A stretch of 64,000 nucleotides of DNA from Candidatus Enterousia sp. (GTDB lineage Bacteria; Pseudomonadota; Alphaproteobacteria; Rs-D84), in contig JAZSDC010000004.1 in the NCBI GenBank assembly GCA_045530935.1, positions 3,212-67,211 on the forward strand, read 5' to 3'. The number at the start of each line of letters is the position of its first letter. Position 1 is the stretch's first letter. Under the pieces are notes generated by a model, which worked only from the letters and a program-made list of their open reading frames with translations, was not told the origin of the DNA and searched no databases. A program made the position numbers and the translations under genes. Shown one piece after another: positions 24,392-34,556 of this stretch.

Positions 24392-26650
24392 ATGCAAAAT
24401 AAGAGAGAGAATATTTTTCAATCATTGCAGCCTGTAGATTATAATATCGCAGGGAATGTTTTTCGCGCATTCTTTGATGGTGAACGCAGACTGATTTTTG
24501 TCATAGATTTTACCAGGTCTGATTTAAAACCAAATGTGTTGTTGGTGATTAATCCGGTCCAAGACCGAAAATGGGATGATATTTTAGTTAATGACTATGG
24601 TGTGGATCTGGAATTGGTTCGCCCAAAGGAAGATAATAAATATCAAAAACTGGATGTGGAATATGACGGTTTGGCAATCTATGAAAAGTTAATTAATGCA
24701 TACGAAGCTGATGATGGTGTCGATAGTGCTGCGCAGGATTTGCAAAGATTTTTAAATGATGCAATTGAACGCTCGGCCAGGGACAGATTAATAGCCGCAA
24801 ACGAGATAGCAGAACGTGCGCGTGATACGGTTGACAAGGCAGACCTTGCAGTTGAAAAGTTGCAAACAAGACAAAAGGAATTGCGCACGAAATTAAATCT
24901 GTTACGTCAAAAGGTGGGAAAAGAGCCCGCAAAACAATCTGCGTCGAAGATATTAAGGGTTGAGGCACAAATCGATGCCGTTAGTGAAAAAATATCACGC
25001 GCGAAAAAACGAGGGCTTAGTGCAAAACGTCGTTTGGCTGCAGCAGAAGATGACGCAGAAATCGCAGAGTCTGTTTTGGCGCGATTGCAAAATATCAAAG
25101 CGAAAATGGCGGATAATGATGCGCCGTTGCAGATTGAAGACCATACGCTAGAGTATGTAAAAATACCACAGGAAGAGCAAAAGTATATTTCAGAACAAAG
25201 AGTCGATGATATGGCAGATGGTGAAGTAAAACCCTTGTTTGATACAGATCCAAAGAATTTGGATGACAATATTGCATTTAAGCCTGTTGAGTTTGGACCG
25301 GTGGCTGAATTGTCAGAAGAACACCCAGATGAACAGGATAATGATTTAGGAATTGTTGATTTTGAACCTGTGCCGATGGAGGCGCCTGTGTCCAAGGTTG
25401 ATGAAGAATCTGTCTTTGTGCCAATCGCAGATGTGCCATTAGCATCAGATCATAATGATGTCGATGGATATGGTGAAGAATTAATTGATAATGATGTAAA
25501 AACAGAAGAGTTATCTGTGCTGCCAGTACCAGAATATCAAACTAAAACCGAAGAAGTCGAAGTGCCGACGCCAGTGTTGGATACTATTTTGCCGGTGGCA
25601 ATGGATGAAAAGCCAGAGATTCCAGTGGCTGTTGTTCCATCAGGGGAAAAAGAGTATGTTATTGAAGAGGATGATAATATGTTAGAAGCTGTACCAGAAG
25701 TTAAATCAATGTCTGAATTTGTTCCTGCGCCTGTTGTTCAGGCAGAACGCCCTGCTTCGCCAATTGCAAGTGATGCGGTCAGGGGTGATAGTGTTGATGC
25801 GGTTGCAAGTGCGGACACAGCAGCAAGAAAGCCGACTTTGGTATATTATGTGTTGTTAATAATATTGATAGTGCTGTCTATCTTTACATTATGGATGTAT
25901 CAGAAGGCGACAAATGATTCAATGCCTGAATTAGGAATGCCGACACAGGTTGTTGTCGAGCCAGAGCCGATTGTAGAACCAGAACCTGTTGTTGAGCCAG
26001 AGCCAGAACCGATTGTAGAACCAGAACCAGAGCCGGAACCAGAACCTGTTGTCGAGTCAGAGCCAGAACCGATTGTAGAACCAGAGCCAGAGCCGGAACC
26101 AGAACCAGTGGTAAGAGCGGATATAAAATCTATTGTGCCGTCTGAACCAGAGCCGGAACCAGAACCTGTTAAGACCCAAGAAGAGATAGAGGCGGAAATC
26201 TTGGCAAAGAAGCCTGCATATGGTGTTTCTGTGAACGACAAGATGTTTGTTGCAGATTCTGAATATGCAACAGATGCTGAAGATGTGGTTGAAGAGTTCG
26301 CTGAAGTAATAGAACCAGAATTGACAATTGAACCGGAACATGTCGTTGAACCAGAGCTGGCGCCTGTTGTAGAGTTAGAAGCGGTTGTAGAAGAACCTGT
26401 GGAACGCGGGTCGCAGGTTGTTGCGCCATCGTTTGTTGTTGATGATACAGATATTGTGCGTGTGCAAGATGAAAAACAAATTGTTACAAAACATGATTTT
26501 ATAAAATCGGAAAATGTTGAAACTTGTGCGGATGGTGCAATGCCTGATATTAATGGATGTTGTGCGGGTGAAGAATATGCGGTGCAAGATGATGGAACGT
26601 ATGTTTGTTGTATAATTGGAACAGATGAATGTTTTGATCCGTTGATGTAA
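24392..26650 (+). CDS. Hypothetical bitopic membrane protein: coiled-coil N-domain, acidic region, one TM segment, (EP)n repeats, Cys-rich C-terminus
   Basis: ATG at 24392 (MQNKRENIF). TM segment [39 protein letters not shown] repeats. Ends [41 protein letters not shown]. Confidence 0.7.
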   Translation: MQNKRENIFQSLQPVDYNIAGNVFRAFFDGERRLIFVIDFTRSDLKPNVLLVINPVQDRKWDDILVNDYGVDLELVRPKEDNKYQKLDVEYDGLAIYEKLINAYEADDGVDSAAQDLQRFLNDAIERSARDRLIAANEIAERARDTVDKADLAVEKLQTRQKELRTKLNLLRQKVGKEPAKQSASKILRVEAQIDAVSEKISRAKKRGLSAKRRLAAAEDDAEIAESVLARLQNIKAKMADNDAPLQIEDHTLEYVKIPQEEQKYISEQRVDDMADGEVKPLFDTDPKNLDDNIAFKPVEFGPVAELSEEHPDEQDNDLGIVDFEPVPMEAPVSKVDEESVFVPIADVPLASDHNDVDGYGEELIDNDVKTEELSVLPVPEYQTKTEEVEVPTPVLDTILPVAMDEKPEIPVAVVPSGEKEYVIEEDDNMLEAVPEVKSMSEFVPAPVVQAERPASPIASDAVRGDSVDAVASADTAARKPTLVYYVLLIILIVLSIFTLWMYQKATNDSMPELGMPTQVVVEPEPIVEPEPVVEPEPEPIVEPEPEPEPEPVVESEPEPIVEPEPEPEPEPVVRADIKSIVPSEPEPEPEPVKTQEEIEAEILAKKPAYGVSVNDKMFVADSEYATDAEDVVEEFAEVIEPELTIEPEHVVEPELAPVVELEAVVEEPVERGSQVVAPSFVVDDTDIVRVQDEKQIVTKHDFIKSENVETCADGAMPDINGCCAGEEYAVQDDGTYVCCIIGTDECFDPLM
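25958..26170. repeat. 60-bp in-frame tandem repeat encoding (EP)n-I/V-V units
   Basis: 25981-26040 and 26041-26100 match at 57/60 positions. Partial copies lie at 25958-25980 and 26141-26170. Confidence 0.9.
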
Positions 26651-26677
26651 AAAAAACGCCCGGCTGGGCGTTTTTTT
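26651..26677. terminator. Bidirectional rho-independent terminator
   Basis: A6-ACGCCC-GGCT-GGGCGT-T6, between convergent genes. Confidence 0.7.
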
Positions 26678-27311
26678 ATCTGGATTGATTAATATGTTTG
26701 TTTAATTTGTTTTTTAATATTGTTAATCTGGGGGCGGTGTATTCTTCGTATTCTGGGTATAGTTTCGGAAGCCGAGTATAAAATTTATTAAATATTTCGG
26801 TGCTGATTATCAGGTCCAGCAGTTGAAAGCCAAATTTATCGCGTGGAAAATGTATCGGGCATGATAATATTCCGTGCTCGTTCTTAGGATGGCCACCGAT
26901 GCGCAGTGTTCCGCCGGGTTTTAGCGCGATTGTGGCACGGCGGTAAAATTCAGCCGCATGTGAAACGGTTGGTGAATATAGTGGCAGTGAATACATCGCC
27001 CAAATTTCATCAAATTCATTTACAAAATTTGTTTCGTTGAAATCGCATTTTATGTTTGTTTTTGCGGTCTGGGGGTTGATTATATATGGGTCTATGTTTG
27101 TGACATGGCAATTGATTTTTAGCATGTTAAATGCGTGTTGAATCCTGGAATTGCCACCACCGATTAATAACAGTTTTTTGTTGTTTAGTTGGTGCAGGCT
27201 TTGTCGTGGAATTTTATATGTTTTTAGGTATGTTGACAGTCGTCTGCGCGTCATGACGATGTCAGAATTAAAGAACTCTGTTAAAAATTCCTTTTGTGCT
27301 GTTTGAATCAT
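26676..27311 (-). CDS. Hypothetical protein, possibly a class I SAM-dependent methyltransferase fold
   Basis: KKLLLIGGGNS (motif I-like), DEIWAMYSLP and LKPGGTLRIGG are weak motif-level resemblances only. Confidence 0.5.
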   Translation of the reverse strand: MIQTAQKEFLTEFFNSDIVMTRRRLSTYLKTYKIPRQSLHQLNNKKLLLIGGGNSRIQHAFNMLKINCHVTNIDPYIINPQTAKTNIKCDFNETNFVNEFDEIWAMYSLPLYSPTVSHAAEFYRRATIALKPGGTLRIGGHPKNEHGILSCPIHFPRDKFGFQLLDLIISTEIFNKFYTRLPKLYPEYEEYTAPRLTILKNKLNKHINQSR

Positions 27312-27342
27312 TTGGCAGAATGTTGATAGAAATTTTGTGGTA

Positions 27343-27370
27343 TGTCAAGAAAAACGCCCGGTTGGGCGTT
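27343..27370 (-). terminator. Rho-independent terminator after thyA
   Basis: Minus strand reads AAACGCCC-AACC-GGGCGTTT, then TTTCTT. Confidence 0.55.
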
Positions 27371-27373
27371 TCT

Positions 27374-28342
27374 TTATCGTGCGACATCGCCGCGCAATTT
27401 TTCGTGGTATATGTAATCTTTTAATTTAAATCCATCTTTTGCGTGCCAATTTAGCATGCCGTGCCAATTTTCATCTGGTATTTCAACAGATGGCAGTTTG
27501 TATGGTGTGCGCTGAAGTTGCCGGGTAACCTGGGGCAGATGGTTTTGGTATATGTGCGCGTCATGCAGTTCGCCTTTTAATACGCCAGGGGTCAGGTTTG
27601 CTTCTTTGGCGTACAGCAGCAGCAACAGTGCATAACTGGCGATATTATATGGAATGCCCAAGAACATATCGCATGACCGCTGGGTCCAGATTAGATTTAA
27701 TTTGCCGTTGCGCACGATTAATTGGTGCATAACATGGCATGGTGGCAATGCCATTTGTGGAAAATCTACCGGATTCCAGGCGGACACAATAATACGACGG
27801 TCGTTTGGATTGTTCTTTAATTTATCTATGGCATTTGCAACCTGGTCTATGCCGGGTTTTTGTGGGTTAAAGTTATCGGTTGGATTGCGTTCTATGCGTC
27901 CCAAATCCCACTGGTATTCGCCGCCAAAGTGTCGCCATTGAAATCCATAAATTGGCCCCAGGTCACGTTCATTGTCCATTATAGAATTGCGGACTATTTT
28001 TTTGCTCTTGTCGCATGGGGTTATGTTGATGCGTTTTAGTGCATCCATTCGCGTGTTGTATTCTTGTTCAACTTTGACTGGATTTGCCCATTCGTTCCAG
28101 ATTTTGCATTTTCTATCTTGCAACCATTTTTTGTCGGTTATTCCGTGCAGAAAGAATTCCAGTTCGGTTGCAATGTTTTTTAGTCCCATTTGTTTTGTTG
28201 TGACCAGTGGGAAGCCGTCGGCCATGTCATGAACAAATGTTGTGCCATGTCCCAGACCGATGTCAGGAATGCCGGTGCGGTTGTTGCGATATTCGGTACA
28301 GTTGCTGTGTATGTTTTTTAATATATCAAGGTATGCCTGCAT
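27374..28342 (-). CDS. thyA: Thymidylate synthase (ThyA, long form)
   Basis: RTGIPDIGLGHGTTF, GPIYGFQWRHFG, ALPPCHVMHQL, WTQRSCDMFLGIPYNIASYALL. Confidence 0.95.
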   Translation of the reverse strand: MQAYLDILKNIHSNCTEYRNNRTGIPDIGLGHGTTFVHDMADGFPLVTTKQMGLKNIATELEFFLHGITDKKWLQDRKCKIWNEWANPVKVEQEYNTRMDALKRINITPCDKSKKIVRNSIMDNERDLGPIYGFQWRHFGGEYQWDLGRIERNPTDNFNPQKPGIDQVANAIDKLKNNPNDRRIIVSAWNPVDFPQMALPPCHVMHQLIVRNGKLNLIWTQRSCDMFLGIPYNIASYALLLLLYAKEANLTPGVLKGELHDAHIYQNHLPQVTRQLQRTPYKLPSVEIPDENWHGMLNWHAKDGFKLKDYIYHEKLRGDVAR

Positions 28343-28361
28343 GATTAATCTCTATAGTATA

Positions 28362-28387
28362 AGAAAAAGCGCGCATGTTATGCGCGC
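28362..28387 (-). terminator. Rho-independent terminator after tig
   Basis: Minus strand reads GCGCGCAT-AAC-ATGCGCGC, then T5. Confidence 0.6.
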
Positions 28388-28393
28388 CATTTA

Positions 28394-29701
28394 TTAACGG
28401 ACAGATGCTTGTTTAAACAATTCGTCGGATTTGACCTTTTTTTCTTTGGTCTTGACATTTGTTAACATTGCATCCAGGGCCTTGCGTTCAAATAACATAC
28501 CACGCAACATTGCCAAGGCATTTTGATTCTTGTTATAGAATTCAAATACCTGTTTTGGATCTGGATAGCGTGCTGCTTCGGCCCAGATTGCCTGTTGCAA
28601 GTCATCGCGTGTGACTTCTACTTTGTTTTGTGTGCCCCATTCTGCCAAAATCAGACCCAATTTTACGCGACGTTCGGCGTCTTTGCGTTCTGATTTTTCG
28701 TCCCATTTGTGGTCGCATTTTTCATCGCCACAGTGTGCGTGATTGCGGTCAAACTCAGATTTTGCCATATTGTATTCTTGTTCAACCAATGTTTCAGGCA
28801 GGTCTAATTTTACTTTGTCTGCCAAAACATCCAGCAATTCGTCGCGCATTTCACGTTGTGCAACATCTGCGTATTGTTCGTTCAAGATATTGCGAATATG
28901 CTGTTTTAGTGCGTCAACAGTATCCTGACCGACTTGTTTTGCCAGTTCGTCATTCAATTCTGGCAAGATGTGTTTGCGAATTTCATGAATTTCAACTGCA
29001 AAGCGTGCATCTTTACCTGCCAAATTTGCAGCATGATATTCGTCAGGGAACTTTACGTTTACATCAAATTTATCGCCAATTTTGTGGCCTATGATTTGAT
29101 CTTCGAAACCTGGGATAAATGCACCAGAGCCCAAAATCAAGTGATGTTTTTTTGCTTCGCCACCTTCGAAGGCTTCGTCATTTACAAAACCCTTGAAGTC
29201 AATAACGGCAACGTCGCCGTCGGCTGCTTTGTACTTTTCGTCTTGCTTTTCTGCAACGCTGCGTGATTTGCGGATGTTTTCCAGTGCAGTTTCAACTTCT
29301 TTTTCGTCCAGTTCTGCAATTTTTTTAGTGACAGTGATTTTGCCCAGGTCAATTTCTGGCAATGTTGGCAGAATATCAAATTCCAAAGAGTATTCTGCGT
29401 CTTTGCCGATTTCCCAGCCTGCCAGGTCAGCCTTAGGTGCACCGGCCAACCGAATTTTCTTTTCGGCGATATAGTTGTTTAAATCTGCGTTCATTAATTT
29501 GTCGATTGCTTCGCCGTATGCAGAAGCGTTATATTTTTGACGCAGAATTGATAAAGGAACTTTACCTTCGCGAAAGCCGGGCATTTTAACTTTTTTGCCG
29601 TATTCTAATAAAATTTCGTCGGCTGCAGTCTGCAAATCATTCGCAGAAATCAGGCCATTAACGGAATAATGTAAATCTTTGATTTTTTCTTTTTTAAACA
29701 T
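28394..29701 (-). CDS. tig: Trigger factor
   Basis: GFREGKVPLSILRQKY ribosome-binding signature, central FKBP-type PPIase region (IDFKGFVNDEAFEGG) and a C-terminal helical domain. Confidence 0.95.
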   Translation of the reverse strand: MFKKEKIKDLHYSVNGLISANDLQTAADEILLEYGKKVKMPGFREGKVPLSILRQKYNASAYGEAIDKLMNADLNNYIAEKKIRLAGAPKADLAGWEIGKDAEYSLEFDILPTLPEIDLGKITVTKKIAELDEKEVETALENIRKSRSVAEKQDEKYKAADGDVAVIDFKGFVNDEAFEGGEAKKHHLILGSGAFIPGFEDQIIGHKIGDKFDVNVKFPDEYHAANLAGKDARFAVEIHEIRKHILPELNDELAKQVGQDTVDALKQHIRNILNEQYADVAQREMRDELLDVLADKVKLDLPETLVEQEYNMAKSEFDRNHAHCGDEKCDHKWDEKSERKDAERRVKLGLILAEWGTQNKVEVTRDDLQQAIWAEAARYPDPKQVFEFYNKNQNALAMLRGMLFERKALDAMLTNVKTKEKKVKSDELFKQASVR

Positions 29702-29736
29702 ATGTTTTCCCCTGTTAATAGTAGAATTGCCCCGTG

Positions 29737-29764
29737 ATTATACAATGTTTTTATATGAAAGCAA
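29737..29764 (-). promoter_or_regulatory. Sigma70-type promoter for tig
   Basis: Minus strand reads TTGCTT (29764-59) - 16 nt - TATAAT (29742-37). An AGGGGA RBS precedes the ATG. Confidence 0.45.
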
Positions 29765-29767
29765 TAA

Positions 29768-29791
29768 TAAAAAATCCCACCAAGGTGGGAT
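29768..29791 (-). terminator. Rho-independent terminator after rpsI
   Basis: ATCCCACC-AA-GGTGGGAT with T-runs on both strands. Confidence 0.65.
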
Positions 29792-29812
29792 TTTTTTCTG
29801 CGCAGAAACGAA

Positions 29813-30295
29813 TTAACGTTTGCTGAACTGTGTAGAACGACGTGCCTTGCGGTAACCATAGTGTTTACGTTCAACAACACGGCTGTCGCGGGTCAAGAAG
29901 CCTGCAGACTTCAATACGGCGCGTAATTCTGGTTCGATTTTTTCCAGGGCTTTGGAAATACCGTGTTTTACGGCGCCTGCCTGACCAGATAAACCACCAC
30001 CTTCGACGAACGCAACAATGTCATAGGCTGTTTCGCGTTTTGTAATACCGAATGGTTGTGCAATAATCATCTGTAACACAGCGCGACGGAAATATTCCGC
30101 AGATGCTTTGCCATTTACAGTGATGTTGCCCTTGCCTGGCATCAAGTATACACGTGCAACAGAATCTTTACGTTTACCTGTTGCGTATGTGGCGTCTGTT
30201 AATTTTGGTGCAACAACTTTTTTAGCGGTTGCTTTCTTTGCAGGGGCAGCTTTCTTTGCTGTTGTCTTTGCTGCTGTTTTCTTTGCTTCTGCCAT
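29813..30295 (-). CDS. rpsI: 30S ribosomal protein S9 (with K/A-rich N-terminal extension)
   Basis: [22 protein letters not shown] ... [19 protein letters not shown] ... [18 protein letters not shown]. Confidence 0.97.
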   Translation of the reverse strand: MAEAKKTAAKTTAKKAAPAKKATAKKVVAPKLTDATYATGKRKDSVARVYLMPGKGNITVNGKASAEYFRRAVLQMIIAQPFGITKRETAYDIVAFVEGGGLSGQAGAVKHGISKALEKIEPELRAVLKSAGFLTRDSRVVERKHYGYRKARRSTQFSKR

Positions 30296-30768
30296 TATTC
30301 GCCCCTTTTGTTTTTACGATTCAAGCCTGCGAAATCAATAACTTCTGGTTTCTGGGCTTCGTGTTTATGTTCAGAACCTGCATAAACATGCAGTTTTGTT
30401 AAACGTTGATTTGCCAATGCAACAGCTGTGCGGCGGCCCATCATGCGTTTTACAGCGTTGAAAACCAATTTTTCTGGTTTTTCGTTGCGCATCTGACCCA
30501 ATGTGCGAGATTTTAATGAACCTGTCCACAGTGAGTGCCAGAAGAAACGATCTTTATCAGCCTTGTGACCGGACAAAGCAACCTTGTCCGCATTGATGAT
30601 GATAACATGGTCACCGCAATCCATGTTTGGTGTCCATGTTGGCTTGTGCTTGCCGCGCAGGATGTTTGCGGTATATGCCGCCAAACGACCCAATGTGCAG
30701 TCAGTTGCGTCAATCAGATACCATTTGGCATCTAATTCGCACTTTTTTAACGATTTTGTCGCTGCCAT
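30295..30768 (-). CDS. rplM: 50S ribosomal protein L13
   Basis: [47 protein letters not shown] at 30768 within the longer ORF 30295..30993. TAATG overlap with rpsI. Confidence 0.97.
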   Translation of the reverse strand: MAATKSLKKCELDAKWYLIDATDCTLGRLAAYTANILRGKHKPTWTPNMDCGDHVIIINADKVALSGHKADKDRFFWHSLWTGSLKSRTLGQMRNEKPEKLVFNAVKRMMGRRTAVALANQRLTKLHVYAGSEHKHEAQKPEVIDFAGLNRKNKRGE

Positions 30769-30804
30769 TTTTGTTTTCCTTGGTTTTATTGTTATAGCGC
30801 GGAT

Positions 30805-30833
30805 ATTATTACGCAAACCCGCAGAAAAGTCAA
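30805..30833 (-). promoter_or_regulatory. Possible promoter of the rplM-rpsI operon
   Basis: Minus strand reads TTGACT (30833-28) - 17 nt - AATAAT (30810-05). Confidence 0.35.
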
Positions 30834-30871
30834 GAAAAATCATTGCGGTATTATTATACCTTATAAAGAGG

Positions 30872-30893
30872 ATAAAAAACGCCCAAATGGGCG
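30872..30893 (-). terminator. Rho-independent terminator after the histidine kinase gene
   Basis: Minus strand reads CGCCC-ATTT-GGGCG, then T6. Confidence 0.6.
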
Positions 30894-30898
30894 ATTTT

Positions 30899-32179
30899 TT
30901 ATATTGGTAAAATAATTCTGACTCGCAATCCACCGAATTCGCTGTCTTCCAAGAATATTTGACCGCCATGATTTTCAATTGCAGTTTGTGCAATAGATAA
31001 TCCTAGGCCTGTTCCGCCGGTATCTGTGCCGCGAGCGTTGTCTAATCGTACAAATGGGCGCAATGCATCTTTTTTTTGTTCTGCGGGGATGCCGGGGCCG
31101 TCGTCTTCAATAATCACCTCGATTGTATCGGCGCTGTCGTGTTCGCTAATCTTTATTATCTTGTTTGCATAACGTGCAGCATTTTCGATGATGTTGCTAA
31201 AGGCGCGCGCCAATGCCATTGGACGGGCATAAAATTGAGTTGGTACTTCTGGAAAGTCTGTTAATATGCGTTTGTCTGGGGCGGCATCGCGTGCAATGCG
31301 GGTCAGCATTGGCGGTAATTCTGTCGTTTGTTCTATTTCTGGGGCTTCGCCACGAGCAAATGCCAGATACCCATTTATCATTTCTGTCATGCGGTCAATA
31401 TCGCGTATTAAATCGGTGGGCTGGGCTGTTTGTGTTTCTATGCCCAGACGCATACGTGTCAAAGGTGATTTTAAGTCATGACTTACCGCGTTAAGCATAT
31501 CTGTTCGCGTACGATTGTATCTGTCCAGACGTTCTTTCATTGTTATCATAGATTTTGCGGCTTCTCGTATTTCTTTTGAACCTGTTGGTATAAAACCAGG
31601 CGCGTCCAAACCGCGGCCAAATCTGCCTGCGGCGTGCGCGATGCGTCTGATGCTGCGGGTGTGCATGATTATAAATGGTGCGATTAATATAGAAACAATA
31701 AGTATTGAACCTAACAGCCAAATTATAAATACTTCGGTACTGGTTGAATAAATTCGGTACAGGGATGTGCCAAATGTTGCAATTTGGTTGTTTTTTGTTG
31801 GAATATCAATATATACCAAACGTTTGCCACGATCTGTGTAAATCTGGGCGCGACGTTTAAGGCGCTTTGATAATTCAGAAGCCAATTTACCTGTTTCGCG
31901 TGCGTGATTGTCATTATGTCTTGGGCGATTCAGTTTTTCATGAAATGTTATGTTTATGCCGATATCACGTGCCATTTTTTGTACGGTTTCGGTGTCGCCT
32001 TCGTCAATGAATTTTGTCATTGTGGTGATTTCGCCTGCCAATGTGCGTGCTAAAGTATCGTGTACGCGTGACCAGTGATTCCCAAAAAATGCATTTGCAA
32101 TAATTGCCAATGCAATGACCAGGGGTATCAGTATCATTAAAATTGTGCGCCATAAAAAGCTGCGTGGTGTTAATCTCAT
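30899..32179 (-). CDS. Sensor histidine kinase (EnvZ-like: 2 TM, HAMP, HisKA, HATPase)
   Basis: H-box MLNAVSHDLKSPLT, N-box NIIENAARYA, and G-boxes EDDGPGIP and GGTGLGLSIA. Confidence 0.9.
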   Translation of the reverse strand: MRLTPRSFLWRTILMILIPLVIALAIIANAFFGNHWSRVHDTLARTLAGEITTMTKFIDEGDTETVQKMARDIGINITFHEKLNRPRHNDNHARETGKLASELSKRLKRRAQIYTDRGKRLVYIDIPTKNNQIATFGTSLYRIYSTSTEVFIIWLLGSILIVSILIAPFIIMHTRSIRRIAHAAGRFGRGLDAPGFIPTGSKEIREAAKSMITMKERLDRYNRTRTDMLNAVSHDLKSPLTRMRLGIETQTAQPTDLIRDIDRMTEMINGYLAFARGEAPEIEQTTELPPMLTRIARDAAPDKRILTDFPEVPTQFYARPMALARAFSNIIENAARYANKIIKISEHDSADTIEVIIEDDGPGIPAEQKKDALRPFVRLDNARGTDTGGTGLGLSIAQTAIENHGGQIFLEDSEFGGLRVRIILPI

Positions 32180-32841
32180 TTTCTGTTACCGTTTGTTGTT
32201 ATGTCAGTTTGGGGGTGGACCAGTAATTTATAGCCCTGCCCCCTGATTGTTATAATGTCTAGATTAGATAATACAATATTTAATTTGTTGCGCAAGCGTT
32301 TTGCAACCATTGGCGCAGCAGGGACAATATTGCCAATGGGGTGGGTTAAATTTTGTAATAATTTTTTTTCTTCTGTCGATAAAGATAGCAATTGTGGCTG
32401 TTGATTATCGGTTGTAGTGAAAAAATTACCTTCTATGAATAAAAGTCCATTTGGCATTGGGGCGATTTCTGTGTAATTGCTTTTGATAATATTGTTTAAA
32501 CGTAATATTAATTCGCGCATTTGAAATGGTTTTGATAGATAATCGTTGGCACCGCAAGACAAACCGTCAATAGTATTTTCTGGACCGGTCATTGCAGTTA
32601 GCATAAGTACAGGTGTTGCGTTGCCGGAATTTCGAATGTCGTTTAGGAATGTTAGTCCATCTTTGCCACCCATCATACGGTCCAGTATAATAGCGTCAAC
32701 CGATATACGTTGTAAAATTTCATTAGCGTTTTCTGCAGATGCAGCCTGAATGATATTAAAATTATCATTGCGCAACGCCTGTGCCAAGGTGTTGCGCAAT
32801 ATGTTGTCATCATCAATGATTAAAATTGTTCGTTGGTTCAT
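32176..32841 (-). CDS. OmpR/PhoB-family response regulator
   Basis: Receiver domain (ILIIDDD...ILDRMMGGKDG...KPF) plus a winged-helix C-terminus (RLRNKL...ITIRGQGYKL). 4-nt overlaps with both neighbouring genes. Confidence 0.9.
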   Translation of the reverse strand: MNQRTILIIDDDNILRNTLAQALRNDNFNIIQAASAENANEILQRISVDAIILDRMMGGKDGLTFLNDIRNSGNATPVLMLTAMTGPENTIDGLSCGANDYLSKPFQMRELILRLNNIIKSNYTEIAPMPNGLLFIEGNFFTTTDNQQPQLLSLSTEEKKLLQNLTHPIGNIVPAAPMVAKRLRNKLNIVLSNLDIITIRGQGYKLLVHPQTDITTNGNRK

Positions 32842-33758
32842 TTTTTTAGTGGTTCAACAGCGTATTCGCCTGGTTGAATTGTGCGTGTGGCATTGTTAAA
32901 ATCTGAATCCATGCCGTCAAAAGTTGCAGCGCGGAATTGCTGTCCCCTGGTGGCGAATTCTGTTTTAAACAGCGCATATCCTGTGCCACCACCGGTTGTT
33001 GGTCCTTGCATCCCCAGTGAATAATATCCGCCGATAATCCCATAGTCCAGGTCAATGTAATCGATGCTTAGGATTAATGATACGCTGCTGATACCATCGC
33101 TGGTCATATTGCATGCAAATTCGCGGTTTGATAATAATGCTTCGGAATTGACAGGAACAACAATGTCCATAACTGTTGGTTCGCAAACGCGACTGATACC
33201 ATTTACCAAGAATTCGTATGTCATGCCAACAGTCGCCCTGGATAGACCAGTTGAAGTGCTGACTTGTGAAATTGTTGCCTTGGGGATTTTAACCATTGCG
33301 TTCGCAATGCCACTGCGTACAGGGTATGATATCCCAGATTGCAGGCAATCACGAGAAAATGGGTCTGCTTCACATATATACACGCGTGAGTGCGCGTTCA
33401 TTATGAACATGTTTGCTAGGCTGTTGAACAGGAAGGATCTGGTTATACGTTCGTTTAAACGTGTGCAGCCAAAATTACGACATATTACCATTGGGCGATT
33501 TGCAAACATCACACCAGGGTGTGCGGCAGATTCTGCATCACGCGCTTCAATGATGTTTTGGTCATAATCAATACTGTCGGCGCGTTCCATAAATTCTGTT
33601 TCGGGGATGAAATTTGGATCGTCTGGATATGCATAGTATGATTGTACAGGTGTTTGGGTGTATATTGTTTGAAAATCCTGAACAAATTCTGCTTCGTCGC
33701 AGTGGGCAGAAAACGCACAAGAAACAATTAATAATGCAGTCAAAGTCTGTTTAATCAT
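32838..33758 (-). CDS. Secreted protein or lipoprotein of unknown function, co-transcribed with the two-component system
   Basis: N-terminus MIKQTLTALLIVSCAF has a lipobox-like IVSC. 306 aa with no recognised domain. ATGA overlap with the response-regulator gene. Confidence 0.6.
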   Translation of the reverse strand: MIKQTLTALLIVSCAFSAHCDEAEFVQDFQTIYTQTPVQSYYAYPDDPNFIPETEFMERADSIDYDQNIIEARDAESAAHPGVMFANRPMVICRNFGCTRLNERITRSFLFNSLANMFIMNAHSRVYICEADPFSRDCLQSGISYPVRSGIANAMVKIPKATISQVSTSTGLSRATVGMTYEFLVNGISRVCEPTVMDIVVPVNSEALLSNREFACNMTSDGISSVSLILSIDYIDLDYGIIGGYYSLGMQGPTTGGGTGYALFKTEFATRGQQFRAATFDGMDSDFNNATRTIQPGEYAVEPLKK

Positions 33759-33894
33759 GAATAGGCCTTTAGTTCTCTCAGGTGAATCTTAGAACATTTT
33801 AGACATTTGTGTAAAGTGAAAATTTTTTTATTGAAATTTGATATATGTTTGTTCTAACGTTCGATTAAGAAATTTTTAAGAAAGGTGGAAGATA

Positions 33895-34554
33895 ATGGTC
33901 GATTTAATTATTTCCGGAGAATCAGGTAAATTACATGCTGTTTACCATAAATCTGCACAAGAAGCAGCGCCATTGGCTGTGATTTTGTCTGGAAATCCGC
34001 GTCAGAAGTATCATATGAACGATAGGGTTTCATACGCAATGTTTCGTGCGTTTATGGATATTGGTTTTTCCGTTGTGCGTTTCAACTATCGTGGTGTTGG
34101 GGATTCCGAAGGGGTTATAGGTACGACTGCGGAAAATATGTTGGATATTGCAACTGTTATCGATTGGATTCAAAACCATAATGAAGATAGTGATAAAATT
34201 TGGTTGGCAGGTCATCAATTGGGGGCGTGGTATGTGTTGCAGGCAATGATGCGCAGACCAGAAGTGTCTGGGTTTGCATTGGTTTCGCCTGATTCTACAG
34301 TGTCTGATTTTGCATTTTTATCTCCGCGGCCAAATCGTGGATTGTTGTTGCAGGGTGCCCAGGAGGGGGATGACGCGCGTGCGTTTGCAACACATATGAC
34401 CCAGGTTTTAAAAAAGCAAGCACAAATTGATTTGGAAACAATTCGTGTGCGTGGCGCAGATGCTATGTACAGCCAGCCCGCAGATTTACGCCAGATGTAT
34501 AATGATTTAAAAGCCTATGTTGGACGTGAAAACGAAGAAGATAAGTTGTTATAA
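33895..34554 (+). CDS. Alpha/beta hydrolase fold protein
   Basis: [13 protein letters not shown] and the nucleophile-elbow-like context [20 protein letters not shown]. Size is 219 aa. Confidence 0.65.
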   Translation: MVDLIISGESGKLHAVYHKSAQEAAPLAVILSGNPRQKYHMNDRVSYAMFRAFMDIGFSVVRFNYRGVGDSEGVIGTTAENMLDIATVIDWIQNHNEDSDKIWLAGHQLGAWYVLQAMMRRPEVSGFALVSPDSTVSDFAFLSPRPNRGLLLQGAQEGDDARAFATHMTQVLKKQAQIDLETIRVRGADAMYSQPADLRQMYNDLKAYVGRENEEDKLL

Positions 34555-34556
34555 TA

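Noticed and set aside
26651-30893. Recurrent hairpins AACGCCC-N4-GGGCGTT (26656, 27353, 30880) and AATCCCCC/AATCCCACC...GGGGGATT (29774, 58010, 61866) as a REP/MITE-like family
   Set aside because: Every copy sits directly after a stop codon and carries a T-run. They are adequately explained as intrinsic terminators with similar GC-rich stems.
30769-30993. N-terminal 75-aa extension of the rplM ORF
   Set aside because: L13 homology begins at MAATKSL (ATG 30768). The extension covers the promoter/leader region and the kinase gene's terminator.
33851-33862. GTTC-TAAC-GTTC upstream of the hydrolase-ruvB pair as an alphaproteobacterial LexA (SOS) box
   Set aside because: The alphaproteobacterial SOS box is GTTC-N7-GTTC, whereas the spacing here is N4.
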